Below, in pieces: positions 1-10,544 of a stretch of 40,519 nt of DNA. The notes under the pieces are model-generated. The model worked only from the letters and a program-made list of their open reading frames with translations. It was not told where the DNA came from and did no database searches. Origin of the DNA: a virus (Duplodnaviria > Heunggongvirae > Uroviricota > Caudoviricetes); IMG/VR virus record IMGVR_UViG_2529293139_000011. One strand, given 5' to 3'. Both the position numbers and the translations under genes were made by a program. Numbering within the stretch: the first letter of the stretch is position 1; each line of letters opens with the position of its first letter.

Positions 1-933
1 ATGGACAACGACAAAATTGATCAACACAGCGACGAAATTGAAGTTGAGAGCGAAGAAAAAGAGCGCGGCAAAAAAATAGAAATAGATGAAGACCGACTCC
101 CCTCCCGGGCGATGGCAATTCATGAGCATATCCGCCAGGATGGTGAAAAAGAGCTGGAACGCGACGCAATGGCGCTACTGTGGTCAGCCATTGCGGCGGG
201 TCTGTCGATGGGCGCTTCGTTACTGGCAAAAGGGATATTTCAAGTCGAACTGGAAGGTGTGCCGGGCAGCTTCTTGCTGGAGAATCTCGGTTATACCTTT
301 GGTTTTATTATCGTCATTATGGCCCGCCAGCAATTATTTACCGAAAATACCGTGACTGCGGTACTACCCGTCATGCAAAAACCGACAATGAGCAACGTCG
401 GCTTACTTATACGGTTATGGGGCGTCGTGCTGCTGGGTAATATTCTCGGGACAGGTATTGCGGCGTGGGCATTTGAATATATGCCTATCTTCAATGAAGA
501 AACTCGCGATGCATTTGTCAAAATCGGCATGGATGTGATGAAGAACACCCCCAGCGAGATGTTTGCCAACGCGATCATTTCCGGCTGGCTGATCGCCACT
601 ATGGTTTGGATGTTTCCTGCAGCGGGTGCGGCAAAGATTGTGGTGATTATATTGATGACCTGGCTTATTGCCCTGGGTGACACCACCCATATCGTGGTCG
701 GTTCTGTTGAAATCCTCTATCTGGTGTTTAACGGTACGCTGCACTGGAGCGATTTCATCTGGCCCTTCGCACTACCTACTTTAGCGGGGAACATCTGCGG
801 CGGCACCTTTATCTTCGCGTTAATGAGTCATGCACAGATTCGTAACGACATGAGCAATAAGCGTAAAGCAGAAGCACGCCAAAAAGCAGAACGTGCGGAA
901 AACATTAAGAAAAATTATAAAAACCCGGCATAA
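1..933 (+). CDS. yfdC: Inner membrane protein YfdC (formate/nitrite transporter family); host gene flanking the prophage
   Basis: 310-aa ORF starting at ATG at position 1; product recognised as E. coli YfdC with multiple hydrophobic segments; sits immediately upstream of argW as in E. coli K-12. Confidence 0.85.
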   Translation: MDNDKIDQHSDEIEVESEEKERGKKIEIDEDRLPSRAMAIHEHIRQDGEKELERDAMALLWSAIAAGLSMGASLLAKGIFQVELEGVPGSFLLENLGYTFGFIIVIMARQQLFTENTVTAVLPVMQKPTMSNVGLLIRLWGVVLLGNILGTGIAAWAFEYMPIFNEETRDAFVKIGMDVMKNTPSEMFANAIISGWLIATMVWMFPAAGAAKIVVIILMTWLIALGDTTHIVVGSVEILYLVFNGTLHWSDFIWPFALPTLAGNICGGTFIFALMSHAQIRNDMSNKRKAEARQKAERAENIKKNYKNPA

Positions 934-1008
934 ATGGCGAGGGTTTAAGCAATCGAGCGGCAGCGTACTTACCCCGCACTCCATTAGCGGGTATACTCAT
1001 GCCGCATT

Positions 1009-1083
1009 GTCCTCTTAGTTAAATGGATATAACGAGCCCCTCCTAAGGGCTAATTGCAGGTTCGATTCCTGCAGGGGACACCA
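1009..1083 (+). tRNA. argW: tRNA-Arg (anticodon CCU)
   Basis: 75-nt sequence GTCCTCTTAGTTAAATGGATATAACGAGCCCCTCCTAAGGGCTAATTGCAGGTTCGATTCCTGCAGGGGACACCA; acceptor stem GTCCTCT/AGGGGAC, anticodon loop CT-CCT-AA, T-arm GGTTCGATTCC, 3' CCA. Confidence 0.9.
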
Positions 1084-1178
1084 TTTATCAGTTCGCTCCC
1101 ATCCGTACCAGTCCGCAAAATCCCCTGAATATCAAGCCTTCCGTAGATTCGCAGTTCGTCATGGTTCGCGTCAGATCG

Positions 1179-1244
1179 TTGACAGCCGCACTCCATGACG
1201 GGTAAAAAGTGGATAAAATAATTTTACCCACCGGATTTTTACCC
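1179..1244 (+). promoter_or_regulatory. Putative intS promoter and arm-type binding-site cluster (TTGACA at 1179-1184; GGGTAAAAA at 1200-1208; TTTTACCC at 1222-1229; TTTTTACCC at 1236-1244)
   Basis: Three copies of the TTTTACCC motif (one inverted) packed into the 45 bp directly upstream of the intS ATG, with a -35-like hexamer just before them. Confidence 0.4.
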
Positions 1245-2402
1245 ATGCTCACCGTTAAGCAGATTGAAGCAGCAAAGCCGAAAGAAAAACCATACCGCCT
1301 TCTCGATGGTAATGGCCTGTACCTTTATGTCCCTGTGTCAGGGAAAAAGGTATGGCAGCTTCGCTACAAGATTGACGGTAAGGAGAAAATCCTGACCGTC
1401 GGAAAATATCCGCTTATGACTTTGCAAGAGGCAAGGGATAAAGCATGGACTGCGAGGAAAGAGATCTCGGTTGGCATCGATCCGGTAAAGGCGAAAAAGG
1501 CTTCGTCTAACAACAATTCCTTTAGCGCCATTTACAAGGAATGGTACGAGCACAAGAAGCAAGTCTGGTCAGTAGGATATGCAACTGAACTTGCAAAAAT
1601 GTTTGATGACGACATTTTACCTATCATCGGCGGCCTTGAAATTCAGGATATTGAGCCGATGCAACTGCTGGAAGTAATCCGCAGATTTGAAGATCGCGGT
1701 GCAATGGAGCGAGCCAACAAAGCCCGCAGAAGATGCGGCGAGGTTTTCCGTTACGCTATTGTCACTGGTAGGGCTAAATATAACCCGGCACCTGACCTTG
1801 CTGACGCCATGAAGGGATACCGCAAGAAAAACTTCCCGTTTCTTCCTGCAGACCAGATCCCGGCATTTAACAAAGCACTGGCAACATTTTCAGGAAGCAT
1901 CGTATCGCTCATTGCGACCAAAGTTTTACGCTACACAGCCCTCAGAACAAAAGAGCTTCGTTCCATGCTATGGAAGAACGTCGATTTTGAAAACAGGATT
2001 ATCACCATCGACGCCAGTGTGATGAAGGGACGCAAAATTCATGTGGTTCCTATGTCAGACCAGGTAGTTGAACTTCTCACTACGCTAAGCTCAATCACTA
2101 AACCAGTGTCAGAGTTTGTTTTTGCCGGGCGCAACGATAAGAAGAAGCCAATCTGCGAGAACGCGGTATTACTTGTGATCAAACAAATCGGCTATGAGGG
2201 TCTGGAAAGCGGTCACGGATTCAGGCATGAATTCAGCACGATTATGAACGAGAACGAATGGCCTGCTGATGCTATTGAAGTGCAACTGGCACATGCCAAC
2301 GGCGGATCTGTGCGCGGGATTTACAACCACGCTCAGTATCTCGATAAGCGCAGAGAAATGATGCAGTGGTGGGCAGACTGGCTTGATGAAAAGGTGGAGT
2401 GA
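1245..2402 (+). CDS. intS: Tyrosine-type site-specific integrase (prophage integrase IntS)
   Basis: ORF 1209-2402; start moved to the ATG at 1245 (MLTVKQIEAAKPKEK...), which gives the 385-aa length I recall for K-12 IntS; adjacent to the tRNA att site. Confidence 0.85.
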   Translation: MLTVKQIEAAKPKEKPYRLLDGNGLYLYVPVSGKKVWQLRYKIDGKEKILTVGKYPLMTLQEARDKAWTARKEISVGIDPVKAKKASSNNNSFSAIYKEWYEHKKQVWSVGYATELAKMFDDDILPIIGGLEIQDIEPMQLLEVIRRFEDRGAMERANKARRRCGEVFRYAIVTGRAKYNPAPDLADAMKGYRKKNFPFLPADQIPAFNKALATFSGSIVSLIATKVLRYTALRTKELRSMLWKNVDFENRIITIDASVMKGRKIHVVPMSDQVVELLTTLSSITKPVSEFVFAGRNDKKKPICENAVLLVIKQIGYEGLESGHGFRHEFSTIMNENEWPADAIEVQLAHANGGSVRGIYNHAQYLDKRREMMQWWADWLDEKVE

Positions 2403-2555
2403 TCCACCTTAGCCACTATCGAAGAGCACAAAACCTTGCAATCCAGTACAAAGCTTTGTTTGTCTCAGTTTTGTCTCATCAACCACAGCAAGTCATCGAT
2501 CGATTGAGACTTGGATGATAGACTTCATGCCTTTGATTATTAGCTGATAAAAGAA

Positions 2556-2918
2556 ATGTTAAAGCTATTTGCAAAGTACACCTCGATTGGTGTGCTGAAC
2601 ACACTTATACACTGGGTGGTTTTTGGTGTATGTATCTATGCCGCGCATACAAACCAGGCTCTTGCAAACTTCGCAGGTTTCGTTGTGGCTGTGAGCTTTA
2701 GCTTCTTCGCGAATGCAAAATTCACATTCAAGGCATCGACTACAACGATGCGCTACATGTTATATGTCGGGTTCATGGGAACACTGAGTGCTACTGTTGG
2801 ATGGGCTGCTGATAGATGTTCACTTCCTCCAATTGTCACTCTTGTCACCTTCTCCGCCATCAGCCTGGTGTGCGGTTTCGTCTATTCAAAGTTCATTGTC
2901 TTTAGGGATGCGAAATGA
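2556..2918 (+). CDS. gtrA: Bactoprenol-linked glucose translocase (flippase) GtrA
   Basis: 120-aa small membrane protein ([25 protein letters not shown]...), first gene of a gtr operon; its stop overlaps the gtrB start. Confidence 0.85.
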   Translation: MLKLFAKYTSIGVLNTLIHWVVFGVCIYAAHTNQALANFAGFVVAVSFSFFANAKFTFKASTTTMRYMLYVGFMGTLSATVGWAADRCSLPPIVTLVTFSAISLVCGFVYSKFIVFRDAK

Positions 2919-3841
2919 AGATATCTCTTGTAGTTCCTGTCTTCAATGAAGAAGAAACGATACCAATTTTCTATAAAGCGGTACGTGAATTCGAAGAGTT
3001 GAAGCCATATGAAGTGGAAATTGTTTTCATAAATGACGGAAGCAAAGACGCTACGGAGTCAATCATTAACGCTCTGGCTGTTTCAGATCCTCTAGTGGTT
3101 CCGCTGTCATTTACACGAAACTTTGGTAAAGAACCAGCATTGTTTGCAGGGTTAGACCATGCAACAGGAGATGCTGTAATTCCAATTGATGTTGACCTGC
3201 AAGATCCGATTGAGGTTATTCCCCATCTGATTGAAAAGTGGCGGGCAGGCGCTGATATGGTGCTTGCTAAGCGATCAGACCGCTCAACCGATGGTCGTCT
3301 GAAGCGAAAAACTGCTGAGTGGTTCTATAAGCTCCACAACAAAATAAGCAATCCAAAGATCGAGGAAAATGTTGGTGATTTCCGGTTAATGAACCGTGAA
3401 GTTGTCGAAAATATTAAGCTCATGCAAGAACGCAACCTATTCATGAAGGGCGTACTGAGTTGGGTTGGAGGAAAGACTGATGTTGTAGAATATGTTCGCG
3501 CCGAACGCGTGGCGGGCAGCACTAAATTCAATGGCTGGAAATTGTGGAATCTAGCGCTTGAAGGGATAACAAGCTTTTCTACTTTCCCACTTCGTATGTG
3601 GACATATATCGGATTTGTTGTTGCAGCAGCTTCATTCTTCTATGGAGCATGGATGATTGCAGATAAAATACTCTGGGGAAATGAAGTGCGTGGTTACCCA
3701 TCGCTACTTGTCTCCGTACTGTTTTTAGGTGGAATTCAATTAATTGGAATAGGCGTGCTCGGGGAGTACATAGGCAGAATTTATATAGAGGTTAAGAATA
3801 GACCTCGTTATATCATAAAGGGCAATAAAAATGATATTTAG
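2915..3841 (+). CDS. gtrB: Bactoprenol glucosyltransferase GtrB (GT2 family)
   Basis: 308-aa [23 protein letters not shown]... with GT2 DXD-type motifs and C-terminal TM helices; overlaps gtrA and the following gene. Confidence 0.85.
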   Translation: MKISLVVPVFNEEETIPIFYKAVREFEELKPYEVEIVFINDGSKDATESIINALAVSDPLVVPLSFTRNFGKEPALFAGLDHATGDAVIPIDVDLQDPIEVIPHLIEKWRAGADMVLAKRSDRSTDGRLKRKTAEWFYKLHNKISNPKIEENVGDFRLMNREVVENIKLMQERNLFMKGVLSWVGGKTDVVEYVRAERVAGSTKFNGWKLWNLALEGITSFSTFPLRMWTYIGFVVAAASFFYGAWMIADKILWGNEVRGYPSLLVSVLFLGGIQLIGIGVLGEYIGRIYIEVKNRPRYIIKGNKNDI

Positions 3842-5510
3842 GAACAGACATACTCTTTTATCTATATTCGCTATTTTCATGTTGGTATTTCTTGTTGCAT
3901 TAAATACACCAATGCACTCTGATGACTATAGTTATTACTCACGAGGATTGGGGCTTGATGCGCACATTGCAAATTATATGCACTGGAGTGGGAGGATTGT
4001 AGCAGATTACGTATCTACCGGGATGTTGTCGATTGAGGATCATACCCTTAAGGCCCTCGTCAACTCTATAGGTGTAACATCACTTATTGTTCTCATTGCT
4101 GCAATACCTTCTCAATTATGTAAAGTTGAAATCAAACCATTAGTATTAATTGTTGTTTTTGCTTTATATTGGTCATGTAACCCAAATCTAGGACAGAACT
4201 CGTTCTGGGTTGTAGGAAGCGCGAATTACGCCTGGACTACACTATTTGTTTTATGTTTCATCTATTATTTTTTGAAGTGGATTGAAAACCAAAATACGAC
4301 TAAGATAGTTTCGTTATTTATTCTTGGTTTAATAGCAGGCTGCTCAAACGAAAATACCGCTGTAACTATAGCTCCATTGACAGTTGTTGTTGCAATCTCT
4401 TTATTTTACTTTAAAAAAATAAGATGGCAATATGCTTTATTACCAACGATCGGTGTCATTATTGGTTCTGTGACAATTATTCTTTCACCAGGAAACGCAG
4501 CAAGGGCGAAAAATATTGCGTTCGTTGATTGGTATGCAATGCCGTTAGGTGAGAGGCTAATAGAGCACTTTACTCATAGGTTTTGGTTTGCTTTCACATC
4601 CGCATGGCTTGTAATTGGGCTGCTGGTTATCTGTTCAATTGCATCATATGTTTTTTATCGAAGAAAACTACTTTCATTTTCTAATGCTTCATTATTTGCA
4701 TCAATCTCGTTTTTTGGGTGCTTCCTGCTTGCTAATGCCGCATTGGCTGGTGCTCCATACACTCCTCCGCGATCTTTTAGCATAGGGTTCTGTTTCCTTT
4801 TACTTTGCTTCTCCTGCCTTTTCACTTGGATAAATCAACAGGATGGCAAGATAAAAAGCACTTTATCTTACGCTATTTTATTAGTTTCACTAATTAATTT
4901 CATTGGCTCATATTATTTCGTTTATTCCGCTTATAAAAGAACAACGATCCAGCAGACACTTAGGGAGTCGTCGATTAGAGATGGTAGGAGCAATGGTTTG
5001 AAATCTATTTCTATCCCTGATTATTTCTTTACGCATCTTAAGAATTATAACGATAGATATGATAGATTTCATAATGAGGGAAGCTATGGCAGATACTATG
5101 GTATATCCAAAGCGCCATTACAAAAAGCAACCTTTGACTATTCTGGCATAGCATATAAACCAGTTTACAGTAAAGATGTGCCTCTATACGAGCGCGATAA
5201 TATCAAGTCTATTTTCATGTCACCGCAACAACCATTCATCAGTGGGACATTGATACTTGAGATTTCTAACAATATTGATGGGATTTTATCTCGTGATGGT
5301 GGCGTGAAAATCTTCTTACATATTTTAAAATCAGATGGAAGCATCGTTAACAAGGACTTTTTCCCAACTACTATAGAGCTTAATGGTAGATTCTATGCTG
5401 GAGTTGATCTTTCTGGAGTTGATATAAATGACATTAATAGCCTATTGATTGGTACATTCAATATTCATACGCGTCATCGATATACACAAACACAGATAAA
5501 GATTAATTAA
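3831..5510 (+). CDS. Serotype-specific O-antigen glucosyltransferase, GtrC-like (polytopic membrane N-terminal part plus a soluble C-terminal domain)
   Basis: 559-aa ORF in the third position of the gtr operon; strongly hydrophobic N-terminal ~380 aa, AT-rich codon usage typical of acquired gtrC genes; this family is highly variable so exact specificity is unknown. Confidence 0.65.
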   Translation: MIFRNRHTLLSIFAIFMLVFLVALNTPMHSDDYSYYSRGLGLDAHIANYMHWSGRIVADYVSTGMLSIEDHTLKALVNSIGVTSLIVLIAAIPSQLCKVEIKPLVLIVVFALYWSCNPNLGQNSFWVVGSANYAWTTLFVLCFIYYFLKWIENQNTTKIVSLFILGLIAGCSNENTAVTIAPLTVVVAISLFYFKKIRWQYALLPTIGVIIGSVTIILSPGNAARAKNIAFVDWYAMPLGERLIEHFTHRFWFAFTSAWLVIGLLVICSIASYVFYRRKLLSFSNASLFASISFFGCFLLANAALAGAPYTPPRSFSIGFCFLLLCFSCLFTWINQQDGKIKSTLSYAILLVSLINFIGSYYFVYSAYKRTTIQQTLRESSIRDGRSNGLKSISIPDYFFTHLKNYNDRYDRFHNEGSYGRYYGISKAPLQKATFDYSGIAYKPVYSKDVPLYERDNIKSIFMSPQQPFISGTLILEISNNIDGILSRDGGVKIFLHILKSDGSIVNKDFFPTTIELNGRFYAGVDLSGVDINDINSLLIGTFNIHTRHRYTQTQIKIN

Positions 5511-5513
5511 TAC

Positions 5514-5532
5514 AGGCCCGAAAGGGCCTTTT
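5514..5532. terminator. Hairpin between the convergent gtrC-like and tailspike genes (GGCCCGAAAGGGCC followed by TTTTT on the plus strand)
   Basis: GC stem with GAAA loop plus a T-run directly after the gtrC-like stop; the tailspike stop lies on the other side. Confidence 0.6.
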
Positions 5533-5534
5533 TC

Positions 5535-7409
5535 CTAGCTGTGCAATGAGATATCCGCACTAACGATAGATGCACTTAGATTTACCAGCACCCCTGCCGC
5601 TGTATAGAATCGCAATATAACAGATTTAGCTAAAAACTCAGGTAGAATAATTGGCCCTCCGGTTGAAGCGGGCCTTATAGTACTGCTTCTAATTGCGTTG
5701 ACTGTAACATGACTTTTAAATGCAACAGTAATCTCTCCAGTCCCCGTGATAGTTGCTGATGCTATAAGTTCAGATGAATCAGTGATTGTTATTGCGCTGT
5801 TATTACTAACTATACGTGCAAACCTATCAAAATCTACCAATAAATCGGTGACATTATCCAGGCCCTGGAAGATTGATGCTCTCGGGGTGCTGATGTTATA
5901 TACAGATATTCCTGACGCTGCGGCTGTGAATCTTATAAATGAACTCGTAGAAGCACCGCCATACAATGTTTCTGAAACTCCATCGATAGTTAATTGTGAG
6001 CAACTACCAAGCAAGAAGGCATTGCTGTCACCGCGGCCCAAAATCTTTATATTTGATACTCGCGACCGTTGGCAATTTAAGGCAATTGGCACAAGTCCGC
6101 CAGTTGTAGGAGTAACCCCAGCCTTAACTTCCATTTCAAACGATACGCCATCAATAACCAATCCAGTCAAAAGCGAGCTGTCATCAGGCGTACCAGCTAG
6201 TCCATATACTGCGTTGCCGTCATATTGTATAACTCTAACATGGCCATTTTTTATCTGACATTGATTGATTACACCATCGGCGGTATTAAGTGCTATCCCC
6301 GCATTAGCTCCGTTTATTATGAAATCATCAACAATTACACGGTTACTTTTCCTTATATTAATGCCCCACATGTTCCTGTCATTAATATTGTTATATCTGG
6401 CAATAATATTTTTAACTATGATGTCTTCACAGAAATCGCCGGCTCCCTGTATTACCGATACATAGACAGCATGCCTTCCCAAATCCCCTTTATCTGCATC
6501 TGCTTCAAAATTAACGCCATCAACGATAATTCTCTTACAGCCACCAAGCAGAACTCCATAGCCGCCAGCAACAACATCAGAGTGATAACGATTCCCTCTT
6601 GAATAGGTATCTCTAATAATACTATCTACACATCGTTGCAAGTACACAGATCCCGTATAGCCGTATGTATCCGACCCGACAATCGATATATTGCTGCTGT
6701 CTGTAAAGGTAATTGCATAGGCAACATTGTTTCCCGTAGCTGGCCCATTTGTTATTAAACCGATACAGCGAAAATCTTTTATTTTTACCCCGGTTTTCGT
6801 GTCCGCAAAAAGAGCCTGACCTTTATTGATGTTAGCTACTGAGCCGCCAAACCCTTGTATTACCTGGTAATCATCATTGATAGTTATTCTAGAATCTATC
6901 GTTTGTGCATCTGATATTTGTACATCTTGGCCATTTGAAAGAACTGCTTGAATACTGTTAGCGTAACCATCTGGTCGTCGGTCGATAGCATCTAAATCTA
7001 GCTGCAGTGTCCCGCGGTGGTTTGTGCCTATTAACTGCGAACCGGTTGATGATATTAAATTTTGCTCGAGCTGATCAGGGTCATACTTCAAAACATTAGG
7101 ATAATAAAACTGCTGCGCACCATATGCATCATAAACAGCCATAGAATGGCCTTGCACAGTTACGAACTTGGCAATCTGTCCGTTATATACCGGGTAACCA
7201 GCAGCGTTAATGATGATTGGTTGCGATACAGGAACGTGAGAGCCGTCTTCGTTCTCCACATAAACCTGAATCTGGTTTTCAGGATTTACAGGATCAGTGT
7301 CAATTTTACCGATATAAATTTTGCCATTGGCAACCGCTTTAAAAGAACGAGCCATAGTGAAGAGTTGCGAAGGCATGCTTACCACAACATTTGCGGTGAT
7401 ATCTGACAT
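5535..7409 (-). CDS. Tailspike protein (P22 gp9-like head-binding domain plus a divergent beta-helix receptor-binding domain)
   Basis: ORF 5535-7457; start moved to the ATG at 7409 ([43 protein letters not shown]...), preceded by GGAG; the N-terminal ~110 aa match the conserved P22/Sf6 tailspike head-binding domain. Confidence 0.85.
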   Translation of the reverse strand: MSDITANVVVSMPSQLFTMARSFKAVANGKIYIGKIDTDPVNPENQIQVYVENEDGSHVPVSQPIIINAAGYPVYNGQIAKFVTVQGHSMAVYDAYGAQQFYYPNVLKYDPDQLEQNLISSTGSQLIGTNHRGTLQLDLDAIDRRPDGYANSIQAVLSNGQDVQISDAQTIDSRITINDDYQVIQGFGGSVANINKGQALFADTKTGVKIKDFRCIGLITNGPATGNNVAYAITFTDSSNISIVGSDTYGYTGSVYLQRCVDSIIRDTYSRGNRYHSDVVAGGYGVLLGGCKRIIVDGVNFEADADKGDLGRHAVYVSVIQGAGDFCEDIIVKNIIARYNNINDRNMWGINIRKSNRVIVDDFIINGANAGIALNTADGVINQCQIKNGHVRVIQYDGNAVYGLAGTPDDSSLLTGLVIDGVSFEMEVKAGVTPTTGGLVPIALNCQRSRVSNIKILGRGDSNAFLLGSCSQLTIDGVSETLYGGASTSSFIRFTAAASGISVYNISTPRASIFQGLDNVTDLLVDFDRFARIVSNNSAITITDSSELIASATITGTGEITVAFKSHVTVNAIRSSTIRPASTGGPIILPEFLAKSVILRFYTAAGVLVNLSASIVSADISLHS

Positions 7410-7433
7410 TTCATTGCTCCAGACGAATGATAT

Positions 7434-7459
7434 GATGCAACCATGATGTGATTGCATAC
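7434..7459. promoter_or_regulatory. Imperfect palindrome (ATGCAACC...TGATTGCAT) in the divergent mnt/tailspike intergenic region; candidate operator
   Basis: TGCAA / TTGCA inverted half-sites ~11 bp apart between two divergent start codons. Confidence 0.25.
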
Positions 7460-7530
7460 CGAAATGGTACTATTGAGTATTTATCCAGTAGGTTACGATG
7501 CCATTCCACCCAACTGGTGAGGCATCAAGG

Positions 7531-7791
7531 ATGTACAGCAAATACGACGAGGCGCAGTTTCACTTGAGACTTCCGCATGAACTCCACGCGAAAATTAAGC
7601 AGCGTGCGAAGATGAATAACAGGTCGCTGAACTCAGAGATAATTGCAGCGATTGAAGAATCATTGGCTAAACAAAGCTCTGCATCAGTTTACATTGACGA
7701 TGCAGAGCGTATGGCAGAACAACAATCTGATATGGTTAAGAAAATTGTCTTTGATACGCTCAAAGAGCTATATAAAAAAGACAGCAGCTAA
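7531..7791 (+). CDS. mnt: Mnt-like ribbon-helix-helix repressor (Arc/MetJ family)
   Basis: ORF 7498-7791; start placed at ATG 7531 after AAGGA; C-terminal part (...DAERMAEQQSDMVKKIVFDTLKELYKK) resembles P22 Mnt. Confidence 0.7.
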   Translation: MYSKYDEAQFHLRLPHELHAKIKQRAKMNNRSLNSEIIAAIEESLAKQSSASVYIDDAERMAEQQSDMVKKIVFDTLKELYKKDSS

Positions 7792-7808
7792 CCATCCGTG
7801 GCTTTCCG

Positions 7809-10544
7809 TTACTTCTGGTTATCATCACTGTTCATCCAGTACATGATGCCTAGCCTTGATATGGTTTTCTTATCTGATTCTGGAAGTGAGTTGTAAAACG
7901 AGCGCCAAGCAGAAGAGCGTCTTACAGTTGTATCAACGATGCTTTCTGGTGCTTGTTTTACTGCCAGCCTTGCTGCTTTCTGGAATTCTGGTGAGCTAAT
8001 TAGCTTTTCTGCAGATTCAATTGATTCAGCGCCGCCCATCGCCCTGATTTTGCTGGCGACTTTTGCCCCAATTTCTGACCCAGCAACAGCACCTACTGCA
8101 CTGAACGGTCCTGACACAGTTGAACCAACCGCAGTGCCAATGCGTTGGGCATGGTTAGCAACAAATTCATTTGCCGCAGTGACGCGATTAAACCGTTTGA
8201 CGAACTCGTTTAGTCTTCCTGTAGTTATCTCGTAAGATTTTGCATCTTTGATAGCCTTTGCGACCTTATATACATCGTTCAGACCTGACATAGTCTCTTT
8301 TGGTAAATGTCGGGCAAGATTGCGCATCTGCCCGTTTGCTAACATGTTTTGATACCAGTCAGCAAACCCCGCAGGATTAAAATCAGCGCCACGTTTTCCG
8401 TTCGAAAGCATATCCCGAAGACCTGTTCCCAGTAGCTCGGTTCTTAGCTTCCTGGACGGCGTGTTTTGCATCAATTCACGAAATCCTTTGGCATCGCCTT
8501 TCGACATTGCCTGTAGTGCTGTAGTTGCTTTGCGAGAAACATCACCGTTCAGCGTTCTGCCAGTTAGATTAATCATTTGCTCTTCCATGCTTTTTCGCAT
8601 CTGAACAAGCCTCTGAGCAACTTCAAAATCACGTAATGCATTTGTCTCTGACAGCGCCGCCTTTTGATCATCGGCGAGCGAACCGTAAAGCCTCGATAAA
8701 GCAGCGCGATCAGCATCTTTATATGGTCCAGAATTCTTATGAAGTGCATCACCAACAAGTCGTCGTTGCTTATTGAGATTTGCATAAGTTAATGCGCCGT
8801 TCTTGCCTGGATTAACTGCCCGAAAGACTCTCTTTTCAATAGGGTCAAGGTTTTTCATCCCGCCAAGATCTTCTGCCACCTGTTTGAGCATTGACCTTGT
8901 TGATGGTGCATCAATTTTTGCACCTGCAGGCATCGCCTTTTCAACATTGCGATAAAGCTGGTCGCTTCGTTTCATCAGCGCAGACATTCTTCCATTGACC
9001 GTATCAATAAACTTGTCGCTCATACCAAGAGCATCTTTTGCACCGGAAACGCGATCAATTATCTCCCCCGCGCCCTGTGCTAGCTGCCTGATTGCTTCAT
9101 TTTCCTGCACCTGTAGAGCAGAACCCGCACGGGACTTGATTGCTTGCTCAACTGCCTTGTATTGCTCGTTCCCGGAAAAGTGTGAAGGGAGTAATGAATC
9201 AACATTAAGCCTTTCAGCAGACTCCAGAACTTCAGCCTGAGGATTGATATCTAGTTCATCAAGCGATGAAGCGAGATTTGGCCTTTTTTGTGCTGCTACT
9301 GTGCGAACGACTTCCTCTGGGTTCCTCGTCGCAGGCGTCATTGGTACACCTTGTGCTACTCTTGCCTCTGCGGCATGAACCGCAGGACTTGTTGCTGCAG
9401 CGGCATCACCGGAGAATGGTGATGCTTCTGTTGCCGCAGTGGTCGCTCTCTGTGCAGATGTTTTATTGCCACTAATTATATTTGATGCACCACGAACACC
9501 ATGGGTAACGCCATTTATCAGGCCATGCGTAGCAATGTTAAGTCCGGCATTAATAGCGGCATTTTCGGCAAAATCACCCCGTTGATTCGCCGCGTCAGCG
9601 AGAGAACCAATGACCATGTTTCCAGCTACTCCTGCTCCAGGAACAAGATAACCGCCTATTGACTCTCCAGCTTGCGCATAAGGGTCTGTCGGTCGATCTA
9701 CTGGACGATAGACATCGTCCAAAACCTTGGGGCCACCAAGCCCCTGGCTGATTGCATTAATCAGACTTGCGCCACCCTGCAATACGTCAAATGGTATGTT
9801 TACCAGACCACGACCAGCCTGCTCTGCAATTTGCCCTGCACTTTGACCACCTGTGAGCCAATCGCCAGCTTGTTGCATCAATGATGGTTCTTCACGTGCT
9901 GGTTCATTATTGGCCTGATTAACTGTTTGTTGCTGAACAGGTTTCGGTGCGACAGAACTTACGGGTTGAGGTGGCTGCTGACTGGCTGCCTGCTGCTCAA
10001 TCTGAGCAAATGGATTATTTGGGTCTGACTGCACACCTGATGCCGATACTTGTTCGGATGACTGTACTTCCAGTTGTGCAAACGGGTTGTTAGGGTCTTG
10101 CTGAGGATGTACCTTTGCAGAGGTGGCGCGCTGTTCGACTGTTGAGTCTGTCACCGGGTCACCCGCCCATTGAGCAAAGCGATCATCAACGTAACCGCGG
10201 CCTTCAGGTCCTGGCGTATATTCACCACGCTTTGCCTTCATAACGTTGCCGGGACCGTCGTGATAAGCCTGAAGAGCGTCACGCCAGTTACCAAACTGCT
10301 GGTACATCTTTGCCAGATAGCGCGCGCCAGCGTCAGCCTGATATTCGGGGTTTTGCATTTGCTCATCGGTATAACCCATATCACGCCATGTCCCAGGCAT
10401 GACCTGAGTCAATCCTACAGCCCCGGCGGAGCTTACTGCGGCAGGGTTGTAAGAAGACTCCTTGGCACCCAGTGCAGTCATCAACCCTTCTGGCACACCG
10501 TAACGTGCGCCAGCCTGCTCTAACAAATCACGGTAATTAGCCAT
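7809..10544 (-). CDS. Ejection (DNA-transfer) protein, gp16-position homolog, with an N-terminal lytic transglycosylase (SLT) domain
   Basis: 911-aa ORF, last gene of the ejection-protein block; N-terminus contains SLT-like motifs ([26 protein letters not shown]); middle part is Gln/Pro/Ala-rich and low in complexity. Confidence 0.65.
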   Translation of the reverse strand: MANYRDLLEQAGARYGVPEGLMTALGAKESSYNPAAVSSAGAVGLTQVMPGTWRDMGYTDEQMQNPEYQADAGARYLAKMYQQFGNWRDALQAYHDGPGNVMKAKRGEYTPGPEGRGYVDDRFAQWAGDPVTDSTVEQRATSAKVHPQQDPNNPFAQLEVQSSEQVSASGVQSDPNNPFAQIEQQAASQQPPQPVSSVAPKPVQQQTVNQANNEPAREEPSLMQQAGDWLTGGQSAGQIAEQAGRGLVNIPFDVLQGGASLINAISQGLGGPKVLDDVYRPVDRPTDPYAQAGESIGGYLVPGAGVAGNMVIGSLADAANQRGDFAENAAINAGLNIATHGLINGVTHGVRGASNIISGNKTSAQRATTAATEASPFSGDAAAATSPAVHAAEARVAQGVPMTPATRNPEEVVRTVAAQKRPNLASSLDELDINPQAEVLESAERLNVDSLLPSHFSGNEQYKAVEQAIKSRAGSALQVQENEAIRQLAQGAGEIIDRVSGAKDALGMSDKFIDTVNGRMSALMKRSDQLYRNVEKAMPAGAKIDAPSTRSMLKQVAEDLGGMKNLDPIEKRVFRAVNPGKNGALTYANLNKQRRLVGDALHKNSGPYKDADRAALSRLYGSLADDQKAALSETNALRDFEVAQRLVQMRKSMEEQMINLTGRTLNGDVSRKATTALQAMSKGDAKGFRELMQNTPSRKLRTELLGTGLRDMLSNGKRGADFNPAGFADWYQNMLANGQMRNLARHLPKETMSGLNDVYKVAKAIKDAKSYEITTGRLNEFVKRFNRVTAANEFVANHAQRIGTAVGSTVSGPFSAVGAVAGSEIGAKVASKIRAMGGAESIESAEKLISSPEFQKAARLAVKQAPESIVDTTVRRSSAWRSFYNSLPESDKKTISRLGIMYWMNSDDNQK

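Noticed and set aside
86-744. Four overlapping ORFs (86-355, 180-440 on plus; 291-686, 415-744 on minus) inside yfdC
   Set aside because: They overlap the well-supported yfdC frame, lack RBSs, and have Arg/Cys-rich or odd compositions typical of out-of-frame translation of a GC-rich gene.
1209-1244. Upstream extension of the integrase ORF (MDKIILPTGFLP...)
   Set aside because: The ATG at 1245 matches the IntS start as I recall it, and the upstream stretch is occupied by the TTTTACCC repeat motifs, which look regulatory rather than coding.
2403-2555. Possible Dam/OxyR phase-variation switch upstream of gtrA, as described for Salmonella gtr operons
   Set aside because: Only one GATC (2498-2501) is present; the paired GATC arrangement needed for that mechanism is not visible.
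5746-7406. Plus-strand ORFs (170, 125, 66 and 114 aa) inside the tailspike gene
   Set aside because: Antisense to a 624-aa gene with a recognised N-terminal domain; AT-rich sequence yields spurious open frames.
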